Assembly (NCBI GenBank): GCA_028716725.1
Contig: JAQUPG010000008.1
Span: 3,653-67,652, forward strand
DNA: 64,000 bases
Direction of reading: 5' to 3'
Source: Patescibacteria group bacterium
GTDB lineage: Bacteria > Patescibacteriota > Patescibacteriia > Patescibacteriales > JAQTRU01
Below, piece by piece: positions 43,463 to 53,490 of the stretch (the stretch's first letter is position 1; every line of letters starts with the position of its first letter). Below the pieces are notes generated by a model. That model saw only the letters and a list, made by a program, of their open reading frames with translations, had not been told where the DNA came from and searched no databases. A program made the translations under genes and the position numbers.

Positions 43463-43561
43463 CCCCGTTAGAAATTCTATCGGTTAAAGGGTAAAGAAAT
43501 TTTTAACAGGGGAAAAGATTTACAAATATGAAGAAAGAAAACAAAAAGATTTCTAACGGGG
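43463..43561. repeat. CCCCGTTAGAAAT-family element containing the valS start codon
   Basis: CCCCGTTAGAAAT (43463-43475) / ATTTCTAACGGGG (43549-43561); the ATG at 43528 lies inside; encodes MKKENKKISNG. Confidence 0.75.
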
Positions 43562-46212
43562 TGAACAAAGATTTGCCAAAAGCGTACAATCCGCAGGATT
43601 ATGAGGATAAAATTTACGGGGAATGGGAAAAGTCAGGGTATTTCAACCCTGATATTTGTGTTCGCAAAGGAATCTGTGAGAAGAATGCCAAGCCATTTAC
43701 CATAATCTTTCCTCCGCCAAATATTACGGATAAGCTGCATTTAGGCCATGGTTCTAATTTAGCGATTGAAGATTTGCTGACACGTTATCACCGGATGAAA
43801 GGTTATCGGACTTTGTGGTTGCCCGGGACTGATCATGCGGCCATTGCTACGCAGAATGTAGTGGAGCGGAAAATCTTAAAAGAAGAGGGTAAGACGCGGC
43901 ATGATTTAGGTAGGGCCAAATTTTTAAAAAAAGTTTGGGATTTTGCAAAAGTTACGCAGGTGACAATCTTAAAGCAGTCTAGGAAAATGGGCGCCTCGCT
44001 GGATTGGTCAAGGCAGGCCTTTACCTTAGACGAGCCGAGAAAGAAAGCGGTGAGAAAAATGTTTGTTGAGATGTATAAAGAGGGAATAATTTACCGCGGG
44101 GAAAGAATCGTTAATTGGTGCCCGCGTTGCCATTCCACTTTAGCTGATGATGAAGTTAATTATAAGGAGCAAAAAGCGAAATTATATACTTTTAAATATA
44201 GCCGGGATTTTCCTTTTGCCATTGCCACCACCCGGCCGGAAACTAAATTAGGTGATACGGCCGTAGCGGTTAACCCGAAAGACAAGCGTTACAAAAAATA
44301 CATCGGGAAAATTTTTGCCATAGATTTTGTGGGTGTGCCTTTAAAATTAAAAATTATTGCGGATAGAAACGTTGATATGAAATTCGGGACCGGCGCTGTC
44401 GGCGTTACCCCGGCTCATTCCATGGTTGACTGGCAAATGGCCGAAGCCAATAGACTGCCAATCGTAAAAGTAATTAATGAGGAAGGGAAAATAAAAAATA
44501 ATTTTGGCAAATATTCAGGCAAAGGCGTTTTGGCCGCCAGAGAAATAATCGCGGAAGAATTAAAAAAACAAAAGTTATTGGAAAAGGAAGAAGAAATGGA
44601 TAATAATTTATCTATCTGCTACCGTTGCGGCACACCGATTGAACCTTTGCCGTCAAAGCAATGGTTCGTGTCCGTGGATAAAAAATTAAAGCGATTAGGC
44701 GATAAGTCGTTAAAGGAAAAAGCCATAGAAGTGGCTAAAACCGGAAAAATAAAATTTATCCCCGAAAGGTTTACGAAAAAATATTTAGACTGGATGGAAA
44801 ATTTACATGACTGGTGTATCAGCCGACAGATTTGGTTTGGGCATGAAATACCGGTTTGGTATAAGGATAAAGAAATTTATGTGGGCGAAGAAATCCCGAA
44901 AGGCAAAGGTTGGGTTCAGGATGAGGATACTTTAGATACCTGGTTTTCTTCTGGCATGTGGACTTTTTCAACTTTAGGCTGGCCTGATGATTTTAAAAAT
45001 AGAAAAAAGTCTGGCGATTTAACAAATTATCATCCCACCCAGGTTTTGGAAACCGGTTATGAAATTTTAACCCTTTGGGTTTCCCGAATGATAATGATGT
45101 CGGAGTTTGCTTTAGAGGAAATTCCTTTTGAGAAGGTATATTTACATGGCATGGTTTTAGACAAGCAGGGCAAAAAAATGAGCAAATCAAAGGGCAATGG
45201 AATTGACCCGATTGATGTTATAAATAAATACGGTACGGATGCGGTCCGTTTGTCTTTACTAATCGGAAATACGCCGGGTAATGACACCAGGGTTTTTGAA
45301 GAAAAAATCGCCGGGTTTAGGAATTTTACGAATAAACTTTGGAATATTTCCCGTTATATAATTACGAATTACGAATTGTCAATTACGAATTTAAAAATTG
45401 ATTATAAGAATTGTACTTTGGCCGATAACTGGATCTTGGAAGAGCTGGATGAGGTTAGATTTTTAGTGGATAAAAAAATAAATAGCTATGAATTTTCCGC
45501 GGCCGGAGAAATATTAAGAGATTTTACCTGGGATAAGTTTGCTGACTGGTATCTGGAGATTGCCAAAATTGAAGGCGATAAATCAAATATTCTGATTTAT
45601 GTTTTAAAGAATTTATTAATATTATGGCATCCATTCATGCCTTTTGTGACAGAAGCAATTTGGCAGGAAATGGGAAATTCGGAATTTTTAATGGTTGAAA
45701 AATGGTCTAAGGTAGGATCATCTATATCCGTAGGAGTTGATGTAAGAGATGGGGGAGGTGTATTAAGAAAGGACGAAATGAATTTGATAAAAGATATTAT
45801 TATTTCTATCCGCAACGCCCGGGCGGAAAATAAAGTTGAACCGGGCAAAAAAGTGAAAGCCATAATTTACGCTGGTCGTCTAAAAAATCTGGTTGAGTCG
45901 CAAGTGGATTTAATTAAAGGATTGCGGACTGGTATTAGCGAATTGGAAATTAAAGAAAATGGCCCGAAGATTAAAAATGAAATTTATTTAACCGTGGCCG
46001 GGGTGGAAATTTATTTAATCGGGGCAATCGACAGGGAAAAAGAAAAAGAAAGAATTAAAAAAGAAATAGCTAATCTCAAAAAAATGATTTCCCTGACCGA
46101 GAAGAAATTAGAGAATAAAGAGTTTACGGCTAAGGCGCCGGCTGAGATAGTTAAAAAGGAAGAGGAGAAATTAAAATCCTGGCAAGAAGCGCTCGAAAAA
46201 TTAAAAAAGTAA
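43528..46212 (+). CDS. valS: Valyl-tRNA synthetase
   Basis: PPPNITDKLHLGH (HIGH), KMSKSKGN, C-terminal coiled coil. Confidence 0.97.
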   Translation: MKKENKKISNGVNKDLPKAYNPQDYEDKIYGEWEKSGYFNPDICVRKGICEKNAKPFTIIFPPPNITDKLHLGHGSNLAIEDLLTRYHRMKGYRTLWLPGTDHAAIATQNVVERKILKEEGKTRHDLGRAKFLKKVWDFAKVTQVTILKQSRKMGASLDWSRQAFTLDEPRKKAVRKMFVEMYKEGIIYRGERIVNWCPRCHSTLADDEVNYKEQKAKLYTFKYSRDFPFAIATTRPETKLGDTAVAVNPKDKRYKKYIGKIFAIDFVGVPLKLKIIADRNVDMKFGTGAVGVTPAHSMVDWQMAEANRLPIVKVINEEGKIKNNFGKYSGKGVLAAREIIAEELKKQKLLEKEEEMDNNLSICYRCGTPIEPLPSKQWFVSVDKKLKRLGDKSLKEKAIEVAKTGKIKFIPERFTKKYLDWMENLHDWCISRQIWFGHEIPVWYKDKEIYVGEEIPKGKGWVQDEDTLDTWFSSGMWTFSTLGWPDDFKNRKKSGDLTNYHPTQVLETGYEILTLWVSRMIMMSEFALEEIPFEKVYLHGMVLDKQGKKMSKSKGNGIDPIDVINKYGTDAVRLSLLIGNTPGNDTRVFEEKIAGFRNFTNKLWNISRYIITNYELSITNLKIDYKNCTLADNWILEELDEVRFLVDKKINSYEFSAAGEILRDFTWDKFADWYLEIAKIEGDKSNILIYVLKNLLILWHPFMPFVTEAIWQEMGNSEFLMVEKWSKVGSSISVGVDVRDGGGVLRKDEMNLIKDIIISIRNARAENKVEPGKKVKAIIYAGRLKNLVESQVDLIKGLRTGISELEIKENGPKIKNEIYLTVAGVEIYLIGAIDREKEKERIKKEIANLKKMISLTEKKLENKEFTAKAPAEIVKKEEEKLKSWQEALEKLKK

Positions 46213-46216
46213 AATC

Positions 46217-46510
46217 ATGTTTTATAATTTAAAGTCATTGCTGCCCAAGTCAATCAAGCGGGCGGGCATTGCTAACGAGCTAAAGAATAAGCAGATTATA
46301 GATTTTTTTAATTTAGCCAAGAAAGTATTTTTACGCGCGGAACTGGCTGACCGGGTCAAGCCTATGTATTTAAGGAATAAAATATTATATATCGCTTCTT
46401 TATCCTCGGTGGCGGCGGAAAGATTGGGGCCCAGGCAGGCGGAAATTGTCGCCGAGATAAATAAAAAATTCGGGCCGGGGACGGTTAAGAAAATAAAATT
46501 TATCACTTGA
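46217..46510 (+). CDS. DUF721 (DciA-like) domain protein
   Basis: 97 aa; ...LRNKILYIASLSSVAAERL...EIVAEINKKFG pattern typical of DUF721. Confidence 0.5.
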   Translation: MFYNLKSLLPKSIKRAGIANELKNKQIIDFFNLAKKVFLRAELADRVKPMYLRNKILYIASLSSVAAERLGPRQAEIVAEINKKFGPGTVKKIKFIT

Positions 46511-46544
46511 AAGAGATGAATTAAAATGGTAAAGTTTTAATATC

Positions 46545-46964
46545 ATGACCCTAAGATCTTACTTGATTATAATGCTTTTAACGACCTTGGTTTGCTGGGC
46601 GGCTTTTATTTTTATTTTATCAACGGTTAACCCGGAAATTACCAACTGGCTGGGTTTTTCCCTTTTTTACCTGTCTTTATTCTTGTCTTTGTCCGGCAGC
46701 GCCGCGATTGTCGGTTTTTTAATAAGGTTTGTCGGCTTAAGGCATGAGCTGGCTTTTTATTCGGTTAAAACCGCTTTCCGGCAGTCATTTTTATTCGCCT
46801 TTTTAATCGTCGCGGTTTTATTTTTACTGGCGTATAATTTATTTACCTGGCTTAATTTGTTTTTCCTGGTTATTGGGCTTTCGCTTTTAGAATTTTTTCT
46901 GATAAACTACGGCTCCCGCCGGGTAAAATATCCGGTTAATAATTTAAACGAAGAGTTCAAATAA
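46545..46964 (+). CDS. Hypothetical membrane protein (4 TM)
   Basis: 139 aa, hydrophobic. Confidence 0.5.
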   Translation: MTLRSYLIIMLLTTLVCWAAFIFILSTVNPEITNWLGFSLFYLSLFLSLSGSAAIVGFLIRFVGLRHELAFYSVKTAFRQSFLFAFLIVAVLFLLAYNLFTWLNLFFLVIGLSLLEFFLINYGSRRVKYPVNNLNEEFK

Positions 46965-46966
46965 AT

Positions 46967-47992
46967 ATGAAAGATAAAATAGAAAAATTAAAAGAAGAAA
47001 TACTGGATAATTTGGTTAAGGCGAAAGAAGAAGGGGCTTTGCGCGATTTAGAAATTAAATATCTTGGCCGCAAGGGCGAACTGACGAAAATTTTGCGCAG
47101 CTTAAAAGATTTAAGCGGAAACGAGAAAAAGGAAATAGGCCAATTAGCCAATGAGATTAAAAAGGAAATAGAAGATAAATTTGCGGAGATGAAAAAAGCT
47201 TTTTCCGGGAAAGAGAAAAAGGAACAGACGGACGTAACTTTGCCGGGCGAAAAAATAGGGCGCGGCCATCTTAATCCGGTTACGATCGTCCAGAACGAAC
47301 TGGAAGATTTATTTATTTCTATGGGCTTTATGGTTTTGGACGGCCCGGAGCTGGAAAGCGATTTTTATAATTTTACCGCCGTTAATATCCCGCCAAACCA
47401 TCCGGCGCGGGACATGCAGGACACGTTTTACATTGATAAGAAAAATAAGGACGGCGAATATGATTTGGTCATGCGGACCCATACTTCCTCGGTGCAGGTT
47501 CGGGCGATGCAAAAATACGGGGCGCCTTTGCGCTGCGTCGTGCCGGGAAAATGCTTCCGCTGCGAGGCGACGGACGTCAGGCATGAGCATACTTTTTACC
47601 AGATAGAAGGACTGATGATTGATAAAAATATAAGTTTGGCTAATATGAAAGCGGTGCTCGAAACCGTGGCTAAGAAACTTTACGGCGAGGAGACGAAACT
47701 GCGCATGCGGCCGAAGTTTTATCCCTTTGTCGAGCCGGGAGCCAACGGGGAAGTGACTTGCTTCCTGTGCCAGGGCGAAGGCTGCCTTTTATGTAAAAAC
47801 AGCGGTTGGCTGGAAATTTTTGGTTCGGGCCTGGTTCACCCCAATGTTTTAAGAAACGGGGGGATTGACCCGAAAATTTACAGCGGTTTTGCTTTTGGCT
47901 TTGGTTTAAACAGAGTCACGCAGCTTAAATACGGGATTGATGATGTACGATTGTTTAATAGCGGAGACATGAGATTTCTGCAGCAGTTTTAG
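46967..47992 (+). CDS. pheS: Phenylalanyl-tRNA synthetase alpha subunit
   Basis: Class II motifs; HPARDMQDTFY, GRCFRCE-like, FGFGLNR. Confidence 0.97.
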   Translation: MKDKIEKLKEEILDNLVKAKEEGALRDLEIKYLGRKGELTKILRSLKDLSGNEKKEIGQLANEIKKEIEDKFAEMKKAFSGKEKKEQTDVTLPGEKIGRGHLNPVTIVQNELEDLFISMGFMVLDGPELESDFYNFTAVNIPPNHPARDMQDTFYIDKKNKDGEYDLVMRTHTSSVQVRAMQKYGAPLRCVVPGKCFRCEATDVRHEHTFYQIEGLMIDKNISLANMKAVLETVAKKLYGEETKLRMRPKFYPFVEPGANGEVTCFLCQGEGCLLCKNSGWLEIFGSGLVHPNVLRNGGIDPKIYSGFAFGFGLNRVTQLKYGIDDVRLFNSGDMRFLQQF

Positions 47993-48071
47993 GTTTAGTT
48001 AATCAGTTAGATAGTTGAATAGTTAAATAGTTTAATTGTTCGTCTGGGAAATTTAATTTACAACCAATGGT

Positions 48072-48449
48072 ATGGCAACAGGCCTAGAGAATTTGAAGAT
48101 TTATAAATTATCTGTTCGACTAGAAATTTTTTTACATAAAGTTCTTAAAGAAAAATTTCCTCCCGAGGAGAAATATAGAAGCGTAGATCAGCTAAAAAGA
48201 TCTTCTTCCTCGGTATCAAACAACATCGCCGAAAGTTATGGCCGGTATTCGTATGGGGTAAAGATAAAACATTTATATATTGCCAGAGGAGAGGCGGAAG
48301 AGACCAGGAGCGGGATGCAGAGAGCGAATAAGAAGGGGTTTGTTTCTGGGGAAATTACCGATTTTACCGTGAATAAATACACAGAATTAATAAAGGCGAT
48401 AAATGGCTATATAAATTTTTTAAAAGATCAACAGAACAAAAATAATTAA
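48072..48449 (+). CDS. Four-helix-bundle protein (23S rRNA intervening-sequence protein family) inserted between pheS and pheT
   Basis: LKIYKLSVRL...QLKRSSSSVSNNIAESYGRYS...YIARGEAEET. Confidence 0.75.
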   Translation: MATGLENLKIYKLSVRLEIFLHKVLKEKFPPEEKYRSVDQLKRSSSSVSNNIAESYGRYSYGVKIKHLYIARGEAEETRSGMQRANKKGFVSGEITDFTVNKYTELIKAINGYINFLKDQQNKNN

Positions 48450-48475
48450 CTGTTTAACTAAGAAACTATTTAACT

Positions 48476-50899
48476 ATGTTACTATCATTAAACTGGCTAA
48501 AAGATTTCGTCGATATTCCGAAGAGCGTTACTCCGGAAGATTTAGGTTTGAAATTGTCCGCCCATACGGTTGAAATTGACAGCGTTAAAGCCGAAAAAGA
48601 AAAGTTCGATAAAATAGTGGTTGGAAAAATTTTAGAACTAAAAAAGCATCCGTCCGCGGACCGGCTGCAGCTTGTTAAAGTTGATATCGGCAAAGAAAAA
48701 TTAGATATCGTCTGCGGGGCGACTAATATCAAGCCGGGTGATTTTGTGCCGGTCGCTTTGGTCGGGGCAATACTCCCCAATGGTTTGGAAATAAAAGCGG
48801 CGGAAATCAGGGGAGTAAAATCAAACGGCATGCTTTGCGCCGAAGATGAACTGGGAATAGGAGAGGATCATACCGGGATTATGATTTTGGCCAAAGGGAA
48901 AAAGGGGGAGAATCTAGCCGAATATTTTAAACTAGGTGATACGGTCTTTGAAGTTGACAATAAATCAATTACCAACCGGCCGGACCTTTGGAATCATCTG
49001 GGCATGGCCCGGGAGATCGCCGCTTTTTTGGATTTAAGATTAAAAGAACCCGGGCTGGATTTAAATAAATTAAACAAAGGCAAAGGCCGGGGAGAAAAAT
49101 TAAAAGTGGCGGTGAAAGATTCTGAATTATGCCCGCGGTACATGGCAATCGCGGTCAGCGGCATAACCATCGGCCCTTCGCCAAAATGGATGCAGGAAAG
49201 GTTGTCCGCCGTCGGCATGCGCCCGATCAGCAATATTGTTGATATTACCAATTACGTGATGCTTGAACTCGGGCAGCCCCTGCACGCCTTTGACGCTAAT
49301 TTAGTCAAGGAAATTTCCGTGCGCCGGGCGAAAAAGGGAGAAGAAATGGAAACTTTGGACGGGCAGAAAAGGGAGCTGGACGAGAATATGCTTTTAATTA
49401 CCGACGGGAAAAAACCCATTGCCGTTGCCGGAGTCATGGGCGGGCTGGCTAGCGAGATTAGCGATAATACCGCCTCCATTATAATTGAAGCCGCCAATTT
49501 CGAGCCGGTGCAGATAAGAAAAACTTCCCGGAAACTTGGTTTGCGCACGGAAAGCTCGATGCGCTTTGAAAAATCGCTTGACCCGAATTTATGCGCCTCC
49601 GCCATTGCCCGGGCCGTGGAGCTCGTTAAGCAATTATGCCCAAAAGCCGAAGTCGCAAGCGATTTGGTTGATATTAAAAATTTTAAACTGGAACAGGGGC
49701 CGATTGCCATAAGTTTGGAATGGCTGGAAAAAATAATCGGGGAAAAATTTGAAGAGAAAAGAATAATAAAGATTTTAGAGAATCTGGGGTTTGCGGTTAA
49801 AAAGAACGGGGAAAAACTGGAAGTGGTTGTCCCGTCCTGGCGGGCGACCAAGGATATTTCCATTCCCGAAGATGTAGTTGAGGAAATCGTCCGGATTTAC
49901 GGATATAACAATCTAAAGCCCCAAATGCCGAAAGTCTTGATGCAGGCGCCGCTTATCAACGAAGAAAGAAAATTGGAGAGAAAAATAAAAGAAATTTTAA
50001 GCCAGGGAGCGAAATTGTCGGAAGTTTACAATTATTCTTTCGTCAACGAGGAGCAACTGAAAAAATTAAAAATGGAAATAAGGGATTATGTGAAACTGGC
50101 TAACCCGATTGCGAGCCAGCACACCCTCCTGCGCCAGAGCCTGGCGCCGAATTTGCTGGAAAACGTAAAGACCAACCAGGCCCGCTACGGCGAATTCGGC
50201 TTGTTCGAAATCGGCAATATTTTTATGGACTTAACCGGCGCGGAAGACAAGGGCGGCCAGAAAGAAAAGCTTCCTTTTCAGGAAAGAAAATTAGGGGTTA
50301 TTTTAGCCGGCGAGAAAAAGGGAGACGTTTTCCGGAAGATAAAAGGGATAGTTGAATATTTATTTGATCATTTCGGCCTCGCCGCCGGCTTTGAAATTTT
50401 AGAAGATTTGCCGGGCTGGGCGGAGAGTAAGACGGCGGCTAAAATAGTTTTAGAGGGAGAAAAAGAAACTGCGCTGGGCCTGGTCGCCGGACTTGATAGC
50501 CGGGTGGCCGCATCCTTAAACATAAAAAAGGAAACGGCCATCGCGGAAATAAGCTTTAAGGAATTAGCCGGCTTAATCTTTGATAAAGGGATAAAGAAAT
50601 ACGAAAAATTACCAAAGTATCCGCCGGTGGTCAGGGATTTGGCTTTTGTCGTCGGAAGCAAGATATTATATAATGATATAAAGAAAGAAATAGAAAATTT
50701 CAGCAAGCTGGTAAAAAAAGTGGAGTTGTTCGACGTTTATGAGGGGGAAGGATTGGGAGAAGATAATAGAAGCCTGGCTTTCCACATTATTTACCAGGCC
50801 CCGGACAGGACTTTAACGGCCGAAGAGATAGAAAGAGAACAGGCCGGCCTGATAAAGACGCTGGAGAAAAAATTCGAAGCGCAAATAAGAAATTTTTAA
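48476..50899 (+). CDS. pheT: Phenylalanyl-tRNA synthetase beta subunit
   Basis: N-terminal tRNA-binding domain, B3/4, B5 and FDX-ACB domains in order. Confidence 0.97.
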   Translation: MLLSLNWLKDFVDIPKSVTPEDLGLKLSAHTVEIDSVKAEKEKFDKIVVGKILELKKHPSADRLQLVKVDIGKEKLDIVCGATNIKPGDFVPVALVGAILPNGLEIKAAEIRGVKSNGMLCAEDELGIGEDHTGIMILAKGKKGENLAEYFKLGDTVFEVDNKSITNRPDLWNHLGMAREIAAFLDLRLKEPGLDLNKLNKGKGRGEKLKVAVKDSELCPRYMAIAVSGITIGPSPKWMQERLSAVGMRPISNIVDITNYVMLELGQPLHAFDANLVKEISVRRAKKGEEMETLDGQKRELDENMLLITDGKKPIAVAGVMGGLASEISDNTASIIIEAANFEPVQIRKTSRKLGLRTESSMRFEKSLDPNLCASAIARAVELVKQLCPKAEVASDLVDIKNFKLEQGPIAISLEWLEKIIGEKFEEKRIIKILENLGFAVKKNGEKLEVVVPSWRATKDISIPEDVVEEIVRIYGYNNLKPQMPKVLMQAPLINEERKLERKIKEILSQGAKLSEVYNYSFVNEEQLKKLKMEIRDYVKLANPIASQHTLLRQSLAPNLLENVKTNQARYGEFGLFEIGNIFMDLTGAEDKGGQKEKLPFQERKLGVILAGEKKGDVFRKIKGIVEYLFDHFGLAAGFEILEDLPGWAESKTAAKIVLEGEKETALGLVAGLDSRVAASLNIKKETAIAEISFKELAGLIFDKGIKKYEKLPKYPPVVRDLAFVVGSKILYNDIKKEIENFSKLVKKVELFDVYEGEGLGEDNRSLAFHIIYQAPDRTLTAEEIEREQAGLIKTLEKKFEAQIRNF

Positions 50900-50918
50900 T
50901 AAATAACCCTTTAAAACT

Positions 50919-51284
50919 ATGAAGGAGATAAAAAGAATAAAAAATCTGTCTTTGGCTAAAATTACCGCGGCGATTTACGGTTTAGTCGGGTTTTTCGTGG
51001 CCATAGCCGTCGCTATCATGACCATGGCTAATATTATTATCCGGGAAGAGGCGAGCGGCTCGGTCCTGCTCATTACTCTTTTTAATTTCGGGATTGGAAT
51101 TTTAATCGGGCTGGCGACCGCGGTGGCCACGGCGATTATCGGCTGGATAATCGGCTTTCTGGGTGCCGCTTTTTACAATATGTTTGCCAAACGCTTAGGC
51201 GGGATAAAGTTTGATTTAGTTGAAAGCGAAGAAACCCTTCGGCAGGCTCAGGGTGAAGACAGAAAAGAAGGGGAGCAGGCATAA
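50919..51284 (+). CDS. Hypothetical membrane protein
   Basis: 121 aa, 3 TM; the C-terminal ETLRQAQGEDRKEGEQA tail looks repeat-derived. Confidence 0.45.
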   Translation: MKEIKRIKNLSLAKITAAIYGLVGFFVAIAVAIMTMANIIIREEASGSVLLITLFNFGIGILIGLATAVATAIIGWIIGFLGAAFYNMFAKRLGGIKFDLVESEETLRQAQGEDRKEGEQA

Positions 51285-51326
51285 AATTATTTAATATTAA
51301 GGAGGATAATTTTCTCCGCTAACAAT

Positions 51327-51641
51327 ATGTATTTAATCCAAGACAGCAAAGACCTTCTTTATGTCGTTTTAGCTTTTTGCATCCTCTGGCTGACGATTTT
51401 TCTGGCCTGGTTTATTTATTATCTGGTTATGATTATGCGCCAGGCCTACAGGATAGTAAAGGAAACCCGGGAAAAAATCAACAAGGTTGACGAAATCCTT
51501 AAATCCCTGAAAGAAAAAATCGAGCACAGCGCCTCTTATCTGGTTTTAATAAGCGACGGCGTGAAAAAATTAGTGGAAGTGATAAAAGAAAGAAGCGAAG
51601 AGAGAAAAGAGAAGAAGATTAAAGTGAAAACGAAGAAATAA
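51327..51641 (+). CDS. Hypothetical membrane-anchored protein
   Basis: 104 aa, one TM plus a charged helical tail. Confidence 0.4.
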   Translation: MYLIQDSKDLLYVVLAFCILWLTIFLAWFIYYLVMIMRQAYRIVKETREKINKVDEILKSLKEKIEHSASYLVLISDGVKKLVEVIKERSEERKEKKIKVKTKK

Positions 51642-51647
51642 ATTTGT

Positions 51648-52076
51648 ATGCCGAAAAAGGTTTTAAAAAATAAAGGCCTAAGCGCTCCTTTTTGTATAGA
51701 CTCCAGGGGGGAAATCAGAAGGTATAATTTCAAAGGCGCAAAGTTTAACGTTTTATTTACTAAAGCCGGAAAATACCGGAGCGGCGATTTTCATCCGGTT
51801 ATTCAGTACGATTTAATTTTAAAAGGCAAGTACCAAATTACTTTTCGCAAAGGCAATAAGAATATAGTTTTTACAAAAGGAGAGAACGAACTGATAATTA
51901 TTCCGCCCAACACCCCGCATTTGTTTAAATCCTTAACCGACACGGTAATGCTGGAATGGTGGGACGGGCCGTTTGAAGTCGGGTATTACCAGCCGTATCG
52001 GAAGATAGTGGAAAGGCAGTTTACCCCGTACCCCAGAAATGCCCCGAGGTCTGCGGGGTTTAAAAAGAAGAAATAA
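51648..52076 (+). CDS. Hypothetical protein, cupin-like beta-barrel (weak)
   Basis: GDFHP...IIIPPNTPHLF pattern only. Confidence 0.35.
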   Translation: MPKKVLKNKGLSAPFCIDSRGEIRRYNFKGAKFNVLFTKAGKYRSGDFHPVIQYDLILKGKYQITFRKGNKNIVFTKGENELIIIPPNTPHLFKSLTDTVMLEWWDGPFEVGYYQPYRKIVERQFTPYPRNAPRSAGFKKKK

Positions 52077-52141
52077 AATATATTTAAATTAAACAAAAAA
52101 GAATGGGTTGCGGTCCCATTCTTTTTTGTTATTACGGATTT

Positions 52142-52366
52142 TTATCTTCCGTAAGTACTAGTATTTTTGTGACAACTTTGGCAGAGAATTTCGCAGTTAC
52201 TTAATACATCAAGTCCACCAGCAGCAATAGAATGTTTGTGATGTGCTTCCCAGCCTAACAGTCCATCACTTCCCTGGGATTCCCAGCGCAATGTTTTATT
52301 GCACTTTTCACATCTTCCCTCGGCGTTCTGCCAAGCTTTTTTAATTACCTCATCTGAAAATGCCAT
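52142..52366 (-). CDS. Small HNH endonuclease
   Basis: CEKC...WEAHHKHSIAAGG...NCEILCQSCHKN. Confidence 0.7.
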   Translation of the reverse strand: MAFSDEVIKKAWQNAEGRCEKCNKTLRWESQGSDGLLGWEAHHKHSIAAGGLDVLSNCEILCQSCHKNTSTYGR

Positions 52367-52600
52367 AAGCTAAATTAAAGTAGAATTGTAAAATATTTAA
52401 GCCAAAGGCGAAATAATATCTTACAATAACGGCTTTAACTAATTATATCCCTTATTTTTTTTAAAACCCGTCTATGGTATAATGAAAATGCTAAATACCA
52501 ATAGGGGAGAGAAGCCCCAAAAGGGTTAAAAAAAGACTTCTCATGGGAATAGGCCGCCGCAAACGGCCTATTCTGTTATATTATCATGTCGTGTTCGAAT

Positions 52601-52649
52601 TTGTCAACTCTTGACGGCTCTTGACAATAAATAGCCTCTACCGTATAAT
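52601..52649 (+). promoter_or_regulatory. Consensus promoter of the LexA/CI-like gene overlapped by inverted TTGTCAA/TTGACAA repeats (possible operator)
   Basis: TTGACA(52621-52626)-N17-TATAAT(52644-52649); TTGTCAA(52601-52607) ... TTGACAA(52621-52627); GTCAA-CTC-TTGAC. Confidence 0.5.
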
Positions 52650-52670
52650 GTTAATAAATAGCCAAATTAT

Positions 52671-53336
52671 ATGAAATTACATCTACACCCCATACAAAGA
52701 AAACTACTTTATATTGCTGATAAGATAAACTATAAAGAAGATGGTTTGCGTAATATTGGTAGAAAAATAGGGGTTTCGCACCCCCAAAAGATTGTGCACC
52801 ACCTTAATCAGCTAGAGGCAAAAAAGCTAATAAAAATAAATAGAGACACGGGCGAAATAGAAAGATTAATACAAATAGAGGAACCCGAATCGGATGTAAT
52901 AAATATTCCTATTTACGGCTTTGCTGATTGCGGTAATGCTACCGTTATCGCTGAGCAGAAAACCGAGAAGTACCTGCAAGTATCAAAAAATTTTTATAAT
53001 GGTTCCCATTTATTTGCTATCCATGCGGTTGGTCAATCAATGAATAAAAAAATAAATAATGGTGATTTCGTCATAATTAATCCCGATGATAAAAATTATC
53101 AAAATGATGATATTGTTTTAGTCGTTATTGATGACTGTGCCACAATAAAAAAATATAAAGAAATAAATGCAAATAAGATTGGACTTTATCCCGATTCAAG
53201 TGATAAAAATTTTCAGCCAATTTTTATAACACCAGGGGATAAGACGGTTATAAATGGAAAAGTGATTGACGTTCTTCCCGGAGATGAATTGGCGCTGGAA
53301 GAAGAATTAATTTATGAACCTGTTGACGATATGTAA
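52671..53336 (+). CDS. LexA/phage-CI-like repressor (wHTH + S24 peptidase domain)
   Basis: IPIYGFADCGNA...AVGQSMNKKINNGDFVII...ATIKKY (Ser...Lys dyad layout). Confidence 0.8.
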   Translation: MKLHLHPIQRKLLYIADKINYKEDGLRNIGRKIGVSHPQKIVHHLNQLEAKKLIKINRDTGEIERLIQIEEPESDVINIPIYGFADCGNATVIAEQKTEKYLQVSKNFYNGSHLFAIHAVGQSMNKKINNGDFVIINPDDKNYQNDDIVLVVIDDCATIKKYKEINANKIGLYPDSSDKNFQPIFITPGDKTVINGKVIDVLPGDELALEEELIYEPVDDM

Positions 53337-53490
53337 CTTAAAATAAAAAACAAAAAATCCGCGTCCCTGGTCAAGGTAGCAGATCTTTTGTATTTCACGT
53401 ACAAATATCCACAGGATATTTATACGCTTTTATAAATTAATTATAGCAAGGTATCCCCCAACTTACAAGCGGATATTTTGTTAAAAATCT

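Noticed and set aside
52475-52580. Small RNA from the extended -10 TGGTATAAT (52475-52483) to the hairpin AATAGGCCG/CGGCCTATT (52548-52572)
   Set aside because: The hairpin lacks a convincing U-run, and the transcript may simply read into the repressor gene. The evidence is too thin to list as a feature.
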